From contig NW_026937605.1 in assembly GCF_032062105.1 (NCBI RefSeq), forward strand, positions 1 through 59,489: DNA of 59,489 bases, written 5' to 3'. The notes beneath the pieces are model-generated. The model saw nothing but the letters and a program-made list of their open reading frames with translations. It had not been told where the DNA came from and made no database searches. This document shows, piece by piece, positions 24,701 to 33,982 of the stretch. The position numbers and the translations under genes were made by a program. Position 1 is the first letter of the stretch, and every line of letters begins with the position of its first letter. This stretch comes from Saccostrea cucullata (taxonomy: Eukaryota).

Positions 24701-27700
24701 TCTATATGCTTTGCAGAAAAAGCACAAGTCACTGTCTTCAAAGGTTATCCGCTATCTTCAAAAATGCTTTAATTATTTACTAGCACAAAACCAGGGAAAC
24801 CCAAAAGGAATAGAAAAAGCGCTTGATGCCCTCTGTAACCACCCTTTCGGAAACCATGAGTCATGCAGCGATTCCTGGTGTCAGCATGTCAACAATCCGA
24901 AGCAAAGGTAGAATAATCATAAATATGACTAATTTGTCAGACATACTGTATGTGTACTAAAAAAAGCAGGCTTCATATTTAAGCGGGTATGGCGCAGACA
25001 ATGATGCGCTAATTCATGAATATATAAACTGCTAAGAAATCATTGAAATATACAAAAAACTGCACGGATATAAGTAGTGCGAATTCATGAATAATAACTC
25101 CATACCCAGTGACTGCACTATATACTTTGAATACATCAAATTAAGTACATGCACAATAACTAGGATGTAATTCACAATCAATTTGAACAAATTAATATAC
25201 TTATAAACATTTATCTTATTTTGTGCAAGCTTTATTTTTTACACTTCTTAATCCTGATTTAATTGATTCAATTTATGTTCAAAATAAATTAAAGGTACAC
25301 TTCCTTGCCTTATGGAAAGCCATTAAAAGACTCGGCCCTTCAAGATTCTCTACATTCGTTATGCAACCAATGGAAGCAGAACAGCTGTAAGATTTCCAGG
25401 CTGGGAAGCACCCAACCAAATGAGTCCTTCAATAGGACTGTGTCACTGAAAGCTCCGAAAAACCACTACTTTAGCGGCTCAGCTAGCTTAAACTACAGAG
25501 TAGCAGCATCTGTGGCAGAAAAAAACTCCGGAGCATCTTATCTTGTTGCTGTGAGTATATTATATATACCGGTTGTTTGTAAATTCATATTAAAAAAAAA
25601 AAAAAAAAAAATAATAATAATAATAATAATAATAATCATTAATTTTTTAAGTCATAATATAATAAATGTGTACAAGCAATTTTTGTAATTAACATTCTCT
25701 CTTATAAATGTTTAATGTTTTTTTTGTTGTAATAGGTAAACAAAAAGATCGGGTTATCTCCAGGAAGGTTTACGAGAAAGTTGTGCTACCTCAGGGAATC
25801 CCAGACCAGGAAGAGAAAGGCGATCGCCAAAACTAAGGAGGCCAAGAGAAGAAGGCGTGAGTTGAAGGCCAGGAGGTAATGTAAAATAACCTCACATGAA
25901 TGATTCTGGTAATCAGTTTGGTTTATTGCAATACATGACTTTCTATTAGACTAAGCATTTATTCTCAATTCTTAAAGATCCTTGAGTACAACTAGAAAAG
26001 AAATTCATGAAGGATCCACATATGAATCTGGAATAGGGTTAGGTCCTCAGCAAGATAACATCATTACAGAAATTCCAGTCCCATGCCCAAGGCCACAGAT
26101 GGAAACAGTTGATGTTGAAAATCATACACTTATCTTATTTGATTTAGAAACTACAGGATTAGGTAATGATCTAATAGTTTTTATCTGATATTTAGGCATG
26201 CCATACATGGTGAAATTTATTCTGTATAATTAAAAAGCAGTAAATATACTCCACTAAAGTACTATTATTGTCTGTTGGCCAGGAGAGAATATATTTACTT
26301 GTTCAAACATAAACTGGTGCGCTAAACAGTAATATTTTCTTTTAGCTCGCACTTCTCATATTGTTCAGTTGGCAGCGGTACAGAAAGAGGATAGATTTTC
26401 TTCATACGTTATCCCTAAGAGGCCCATAACGCCAACAGCTTCCGAAATAACAGGACTCACTGTTAGGAATGGGAAACTCTACCATAACAACAAAGAAGTG
26501 GGAGGCATTTCTCTGGTGGCTGCAATGGATTCTTTCTTGAAATTTCTTGAAAAGTACAACAACATCATTTTAGTAGGTCACAACGTTAAGGTTTTTGATT
26601 GTCCAGTGCTTTTTCGAGCTCTTGAATCATGTTCAATGTTACCAAGATTTTCAAGAAAAGTGAAGGGGTTTATTGATACAAAGCTTTTGTTTCGAATATC
26701 TCATCCAAACCTGAGCTCTTATAGCCAGCAAAATCTTGTAGAAAGTCTACTTGCATGTTCATATGAAGCACATAATGCCCTTGAAGATATTTTAGTGTTG
26801 CAGAAGTTGCTAGAATTAGTGAATTTATCAGATGAAAAGCATAAAGGTGCTACATTTTCACTTGATTATGCAATGAATGTACTGTCTTACCAAAAGGAAG
26901 TTGACAAAAATTTTCCTTCCTTACAAATTCTTGTTCAGAAAAAGGTGTTGAGTGTGTGTATGGCTAAAAGAATAGCTGGAAGTGGGTTAGATTTTGATAG
27001 TTTGAGACTAGCTTACTCTAGAGATCAGAATGGTATCCATGCATTGTTTACTGAAGTCTGTAGCAACAGTTCTGTGAGCATGGTGAGGGTGACAAAGTCA
27101 AACAAAATTATTGAGGCTGTGAACTCTTTTTTTCTGTCATTAAATGAAAGTTAAATATATTATAATGTGCATTGTATTATTTAAATGAAAGCAATTCAAT
27201 GGTATTAATTTATTTTCATCAGCTTTTTTTAAAATACAAATTTAGCAAGTTTATAATCTTCCAGGTTTTTTTTTTTATACCAAAAAAAAAAGATTCTTGA
27301 AGGCGTATATTTAATATATGTTTTGAAGAAAATTAAGATATATGTTATTGTGTGCAACAATGTTAAAAAGTACAGCTTGTTCTCATCAGTATGTATTTTT
27401 GATGTATTCTATTAAATAACAGATTACCAAATGCATATTCATCTTACAATTATATTTTATACATCATGTATTTTATACCGACATGTACATGTACAATTGT
27501 AGTTCGTGATTGAGACCTGCCTAACGTTGTATGATAACCTGGCAAAGAGGTAATAGATTGATTATGTAATTGTGCAAAGCGAATTATTTAAGTTTAATTA
27601 ATTTTCCTGCCTCAAATTAAGGTATAGACTGTTATAACGATTAAATATTTGTTGTAAGATATTTTACACTTTTAAAATCCATAATCTTGTAAGATGTGAT

Positions 27701-28689
27701 AAGTTTTTATTATTATAACGTTAAAATCTTTTATTCCATGCATTTTCTTATGTTATCAAAATTAGGTCACAAAAAAGAAGCCATTGAGATATATGCATGT
27801 AAAGATCAATTAAATCATATTTTTGTGTATATATATATTTTTTAAATATAACATTATAACAGATGTCGTACAATATATCTCTGAAAAACGTGTACAGTAT
27901 AAATATTTCATTACATTTTCAATATTCATCAAAAAATGTGTATCAAAATGTAGTTGTACAAAATATTGCATTTATTGATCAAAGTATGACAGAGGAAATT
28001 CTGATTAAAATTTTGGGATTTAATGACAACCAAAGCTTTTTTTTGTTATATTTACAAAACCATATTTTTCTGATATAGTGATGCATTTGAAAATCTTATT
28101 TGGTTAAAAAATTATAAATATTTTTTAAAATATTTCATTTAACTACAAAATATAGTGGATTGGCACTGTGAAAAAAAAATGAAAATTTTTCAAGTCAAAA
28201 TTTCTGAAAAATTTGACCATTGACCCCATATTCATTTTTTACCAATATAATAAAGAGAATTTAAGTCTTCAATAAGTATGATTTATTTATTTTTCCTATC
28301 AGTGGGATTTTTTTAATTTATTGATGAAAAACTGGTTGAATTTTGAAAATGACAGAGGAAATTCGGACTTCAATAATTTTTAATTTTGTTGGCCCAAATC
28401 TGAAAATTATTTGGTAATTAGCAACCCTTACTATTATATAATACATTTTATATACTAAAAGATTTCTTATACTTTTCATATTTTGCTTGAAAAGGAAAAA
28501 ATGGCCATAGTGTTGATTTTGGGGGAATTTTCCGGGAAATCTTGGGTGGCCAATAGCAAAAAAAGTAGGTCATTGACCTAGATATTTCAAAGTGAAAAAT
28601 GACACTACTGATTGGGGTCTATAACATACTTTTTATGGTTTGTCGTTCCTATCAGTGGAATTTTTTTTATTTCTGAGTAAAGGTATACC
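21783..28689 (+). mobile_element. Autonomous Kolobok DNA transposon (DEDD-nuclease type)
   Basis: TTAA TSD at 21779-21782 and 28690-28693. Imperfect TIR GGATTACGTTTACTC versus reverse complement GGTATACCTTTACTC (12/15). It encloses a spliced transposase gene. Confidence 0.88.
22026..27154 (+). CDS. Kolobok DDE transposase fused to a C-terminal DEDDh 3'-5' exonuclease, 10 exons, 899 aa
   Basis: Exons 22026-22288, 23026-23270, 23366-23546, 23801-23886, 23987-24124, 24511-24907, 25295-25550, 25736-25875, 25978-26162 and 26346-27154 are phase-compatible and total 2700 nt. Transposase motifs: GRRVVEL, CxxC..C, VSVDAGWQKRG (D), CRIC..HDC, IADDD (D), DKNHIRK, TQPNESFN (E). Exonuclease motifs: FDLETTG, GHNVKVFD, HNALED. 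Confidence 0.88.
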
Positions 28690-29470
28690 TTAAATTGAAA
28701 TAAAGCATTTTACATTTTGGTGTTCGTAGAGTATTGAAAATGCATATAGTTCCTACTGTGTATTCTAACGCGCGGTGACAAGGTTTCACGACTGTGTTAT
28801 AGAAATTTGAACGTCGTAGATTTCTAATGGATTTCATAAGGAAAATTACACTGAATGTAAATTTAATTTTATTTTGGAGACCTGTAACTATCTATGGTAA
28901 TTGTATCCATCCTTGTGCACCGTCTATCATCGGTCGTCCATTAACATTTAAACATTCTCAGCTTTTTCTCTGAAATCACTGAATCAATTTTAGCATATAG
29001 CATCCATGGGTTATAGGAGCAAAAATTGTGTACATGTATTTCATGGTCCCTGCCCCCTTGGGGCCTGAAGGGTGGGGCAAATCCTTGTTAAAATTAATGC
29101 AATCTTCAAAATCTTCTTTATTCCCGGACATCAAGCAGTCAAACTGTTGGCATGATTGTAATTGGCATTGAGTTCTCTATCAATATTGTAAAACTCATGG
29201 CCCCAAGGTCAAGGCAGAGCTGCCAACCCTTACGATTTTGGCGTAAGGCTTACGAATTGAGGGTCTAAAATACGCCTTACGATTTCTCTCTTTATTCTTC
29301 CGATTTCCACTTTTTCTCGATCAAAGTTTGAAATACCGGAATTTTCATAGCTGGCCGTCTACAGGTTCTACTATTATAATAATATATTCAGAATCTTTAC
29401 AACGCTTGCTTGTATCGTCGGTTATAGAAAAGCCGATCGCAGTCATGTCAATGCTTTAAAAGTAAACAAA

Positions 29471-29924
29471 AGGTTACAGGATACTAATTTTACCCCTATT
29501 TCATTGACCACGCAAAGAGTTCCAGATTAAAAATAGAGTTTTTTTCTTAAAAAATCTTGGGGGTGTATATGGGGTGGAATGGGGTTATTTTAGGGCATAG
29601 ATGGAAAGGAGAGGGTCTGAAAAAAATTATAAAATTAAGAATAATGGGAATTTTGCTATTAAGTGCGTAGTAGGAAGGGTGTAAAGAGGCCATTGTTGAC
29701 CTATTTCTCAAAGGGAAATGGAAATATGCAGGGTAGGGGTAAATTGCAGTGCCATAGCAAGGCTTGTAGACTACAGAATTTTCTGAGACTTGAGAATATT
29801 TTTGGCCTTGGATGGATCTAGCTCTGTGCCAAATTTCAGGTGAGTTGAGGCGGTGAATTTTTTTTAATGATTTTTTATGTTATAAAGGAATGTATAGCAA
29901 AATAATTGGTAGTCCGTGTCCTAT
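29471..29924. repeat. Left long terminal direct repeat (454 bp)
   Basis: AGGTTACAGGATACTAATT...AATTGGTAGTCCGTGTCCTAT. No difference from 33526-33979 seen by eye. Its own ends form an imperfect inverted repeat. Confidence 0.95.
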
Positions 29925-30115
29925 CAGGTCAAAGTTCAAAACTCACGTTAATCATCTTTACGGCCATTTTTGTATACTATGGGATTAGTATTGATTAAAT
30001 ATGACAAAATTCTAAACAAAATTCTGATTTTGAAAAATATTTGGGGAAAAGATATGAAAAAAAGGGGGGGGTGTTTCCTTTACATTAACTGTTTGACCTA
30101 CTTTATGCAAATGAG

Positions 30116-30601
30116 ATGCGGCGTGATATGATTGACGTGAGTTTTGGCCTCGGTCTAGTAGTTTTCCTACTTTCGTCTGCTAACTTTCACTTTATTTCTC
30201 GAAGATTAACCATGAATGCATTTTTTACTAAGTATGTTGCCAAGGTAAACTCGGGCTCTGCCCCTGGATTGAATGGTCAGTGTCGCATTTGGACGGGGGC
30301 TAGAAGCAGCAACAACAAGTATGGTGTTGTGTGCTACAAGCATCCGATAAAGAACAGGTGGCAGACGATGCATGTGCATAGACTCAGTGTCATGTTACAT
30401 CATCGTTACCATGAGTTGGATGCATCAGTTGTTGCATCTCACTTATGCCACAACACGCTGTGTGTTGTTCCAGAACATATTGTTCTGGAGCCGCAGGGCG
30501 TCAACAACCAGCGACAGACCTGCAAATCTGGGGGCACCTGTCTGGGGCACCCACTGCCATATCCACCCTGTCGCCTTGAGCTGCGTATGAATGACGATTA
30601 A
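30116..30601 (+). CDS. His-Me finger (His-Cys box, homing-endonuclease-like zinc-binding) nuclease
   Basis: CRIWTG..YG..HVHRLS..SHLCHNTLCVVPEHI..EPQGVNNQRQTC..C.GH..PPC. The real start may be the internal Met of MNAFF near 30212. Confidence 0.9.
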   Translation: MRRDMIDVSFGLGLVVFLLSSANFHFISRRLTMNAFFTKYVAKVNSGSAPGLNGQCRIWTGARSSNNKYGVVCYKHPIKNRWQTMHVHRLSVMLHHRYHELDASVVASHLCHNTLCVVPEHIVLEPQGVNNQRQTCKSGGTCLGHPLPYPPCRLELRMNDD

Positions 30602-30772
30602 CAATCTAGGTAAGTTTATCACATTTATTATTATGTTACACCGCTGAAGATGGGAGAGGCATGCATCACTCCTCACAAAGTTAGTTAGTAAGTATTTGTC
30701 AATGAAAAAGTTAAAAGGTAATTATTAATGTCATTTTCATGTAACTTATTATTTTACAAAGTTCATAGCGAG

Positions 30773-32819
30773 TCACTCTCTTCCATGACGTGGCCTTAGA
30801 TGGTATCGTAATCCTCCATTCTTGTGATATGGGTGATCACGGGCAGCAGGTGAGTTGAAGTCAAGTTGACCTTTACGGTAATCTGAAGTTCCTCTTTGTT
30901 CCTCGCGGTACTGGTGATGCTCTGCCATTTTCCTTGCCAGCTGTCTGTTTCTTCTACTCTTTACTCTCTCTTTTCTGTGATAGGCTTGATTGTAGAGGAA
31001 CTTCTGCTCTAGTCTGTGTAGTTGTCGCTTTCCCTGTTCCGAGTACTGTATTCCAGCAGATTCGCATTTCAGTCTCGTCGAAGTACCAGGTAAGTTGTTC
31101 CGTCTGTGTATCATGGAATGAAGACGACCCTCCATTGTTCGAGAGAACTTAATGTTCTTGGGCATGTTGCAACTGGCACTGCGGTGGTAAGATTCATTGG
31201 CATTTGTGTCAGTCAGCAGCTTCATGGCGTTGATGGCTTCTACACTCAGTTTCATTTTAAGGATTTCTGTCACAATTTTAATGTCATTTTCACTCATTTG
31301 CAGTGTGGTGATCTTATATTATAAACTGCCAAATTGCGGCTGAAGTTCCAACAGTTGGAAACGCACCCACCATCACACACAAGCGAGTACGCCACACACA
31401 TTGAACAGTCACCAGTGTAACAGAGGACAGTGGCCTCAAGGACTTTAGGTAAGAAATCACTCATTTTCTGCAAGTCGCTGTTAAATCTTGTAAACAGTTC
31501 TTTAACTTAATCAAAGCACATCTTGACTTTAGGTCATTGCTGAACACCCTCTGAAGCTCTTTCTTCTGTTCTTTAGTCTTTGTATGGAACATTGCATCAC
31601 TGTAAACTGCTCGGTTGCTGGCACGGAACTGTGACTGCCCAAGGTGGACGGGGTCAGCAAGACGCTCTACTTTCCATAGGGGATGTAGAGCTCGCATGGC
31701 TTCGTCCACTCCTTTGGCACCTTGGGCGTCGCCGTCTGTGGTAACATACCGGACTAATACATCTTGTAGTGCGAGCTGTGTGCCGATGTCCTTCCCCATC
31801 TCGTACTCGGAAAATGGTGCTGCCCGTGGTAGATTGGAGGTACACTCAGGATGGCCACCTGGACAATCCACTTCCATTCCCTTGCCCCTTAGCCATGCAC
31901 CTGTCCAGCAGAGCTTATTTTGCAGAGCACAGGCAAGTATGTATTTTCTATCAGTGTTGGTTTCAACGGCCAATGAGAAGGCTTGACTGGCATTCTGTCC
32001 GGGAGTCTTACGGCTGAACATGATGTTACTGTTGTAACGGGCATCTGTTGAGATGTTGATGACATCCTCTGGATGGCCTCGGGTCCTGTTGATCTGTTTT
32101 ACTTTCTGTATCTTCTGATGCATATCTTCTTTGTTTAGCTTTGTAATATTTTTACTTATTTTAAACAGGAGCTTCTGGAGAGAGGCCTTAGTGGGAGATG
32201 GGATGTCCATGCAGCTAAGGAATTCTATAACCTTCTCAGCTCCTAGTGAAGTGTCCTGAAGGGCATATGCCAGGGCCATGTTTGATGCTGATGCTTTGCG
32301 TCCAGGACCCCCTTGATGAATTTCTTGGAATAGGGCAAACTCGGGTGAGTTGAACTGGCAATTAACACAAGTCAGTGAGTATTTCCAGGAAATTCCTACT
32401 TTTTTTGAGTACTGCACAGTAATGTTCGGTGCGGTACAAGTGGTAGACTGGTGAAGTTGTATGGTTTGATTAATCATCTCCATCATCTTGTCTTCGTCCA
32501 CTATACGTCGACCGCCTAAGTATTCGCTACTCTTTGGTATTTGTTTTTTGCAGTTTGATGGACGTGGCCGCAGAATGCAGGTTGATCCGCTCTCACCGTC
32601 GCAGTCCGGAGTTTGGTATGAATGGCTGTCGAGACTTGGTTTGGTGACCAGGGCATGATCTGTTGAATTCAGCCTGACAAATGATCTTCGACCAGAATTT
32701 GGCTGTTTTTCCATCTTGAAGCCGTGGCTATTTCCTTGATGAAATCCTCCTTGCCTTGGGAGCTTCCTCTTGCAGAGTTGCTTCCCTTTGTTCCAGGGAA
32801 CCATATTTTTCTTAAACAT
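30773..32819 (-). CDS. Kolobok-family DDE transposase, intronless, two frameshifts
   Basis: GRRIVD, CVNC, ISTDARYNS (D), TTDGDA (D), DPVHLGQ and TNANESYH (E). ORFs 31461-32996 and 30773-31297 are bridged by a third frame (KELFTRFNSDLQK..CYTGDCSMC). The lesions are +2 near 31506 and a 5-bp duplication at 31314-31323. Confidence 0.85.
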
Positions 32820-33525
32820 GATGGTGAGTAGAATACTACTTATTCTTGCAGATTCAGGCAATAATGCCTTGGTTTTTCTTATTTCAACCATATTTATAGT
32901 GCTTAATGTTTGATTATTCTTAGTATGGCATCTTGTATATATCCATGACATTTTTAATGTGACCAGGGATAATCCAGCATGACCTGTAAGTGCCACTTCC
33001 TGATATTGGCTGCTGTGGTCATGTTTGCTTATCTGCTCACAACAAAGGGATTAATCTGTTTTTATTATCTTTTACTGTTGTTTTTTATAGCCAATATAAT
33101 GTAGAATTTTTTCATAATTTTTATTTTGTAAATTTCTATTGATTAATATTTTATATAGGGCAGTTTTTAAGAAATTTCACCATATTTGGGGGTATTTTTT
33201 CAAAAAAATCTTAAGAATTTTATCTGCATAATTGATCAAAGTTGTTATCAGAATTAAGTAGAGGGGATATTAAAATTATAGAAAAAAATAATTGGTAAGA
33301 AATTTATTGTAACATATGTGATATGTGAGTATTTCAAATTTGTGCATTGTGTGTCTGATGCTCATTTCATCCTCTGTTTTCAGGAGATCCAGTCATCACT
33401 GAAAAGGGCCATAACTCTGCTGTTCAGATGACAAATCCAATGAGACTTCAGAGGGGTGTGTAGTATGGCTTTAGAAGATTCTGTGCCAATTTTCATCAAA
33501 ATCAAAGAAGGTTAGTGTCTTTATT

Positions 33526-33979
33526 AGGTTACAGGATACTAATTTTACCCCTATTTCATTGACCACGCAAAGAGTTCCAGATTAAAAATAGAGTTTTTTT
33601 CTTAAAAAATCTTGGGGGTGTATATGGGGTGGAATGGGGTTATTTTAGGGCATAGATGGAAAGGAGAGGGTCTGAAAAAAATTATAAAATTAAGAATAAT
33701 GGGAATTTTGCTATTAAGTGCGTAGTAGGAAGGGTGTAAAGAGGCCATTGTTGACCTATTTCTCAAAGGGAAATGGAAATATGCAGGGTAGGGGTAAATT
33801 GCAGTGCCATAGCAAGGCTTGTAGACTACAGAATTTTCTGAGACTTGAGAATATTTTTGGCCTTGGATGGATCTAGCTCTGTGCCAAATTTCAGGTGAGT
33901 TGAGGCGGTGAATTTTTTTTAATGATTTTTTATGTTATAAAGGAATGTATAGCAAAATAATTGGTAGTCCGTGTCCTAT
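33526..33979. repeat. Right long terminal direct repeat (454 bp)
   Basis: Copy of 29471-29924. Confidence 0.95.
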
Positions 33980-33982
33980 CAA

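Larger units (their letters stand above)
21306..28866. mobile_element. Non-coding element with A-A'-B'-B inverted-repeat layout (tyrosine-recombinase/Crypton-like by inference), interrupted by a Kolobok
   Basis: About 70-bp arms at 21306-21376 and 21458-21534. A second pair ATTTACATTC..TAATTTTCCTT (21540-21562) matches AAGGAAAATTACACTGAATGTAAAT (28838-28862). Confidence 0.6.
29471..33979 (-). mobile_element. KolobokP-type composite-like DNA transposon (long terminal direct repeats, DDE transposase, His-Me endonuclease)
   Basis: Direct repeats at 29471-29924 and 33526-33979. CAAA at 29467-29470 and 33980-33983 is the 4-bp TSD. Two convergent ORFs lie inside. No RT, integrase or gag. Confidence 0.9.

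Noticed and set aside
30116-30601. Group I intron homing endonuclease or bacterial contamination
   Set aside because: No rRNA or intron core nearby. The ORF sits inside a TSD-flanked transposon embedded in animal repeats.
29471-33979. LTR retrotransposon
   Set aside because: No TG..CA ends, gag, RT or integrase. The interior encodes a Kolobok-type transposase.
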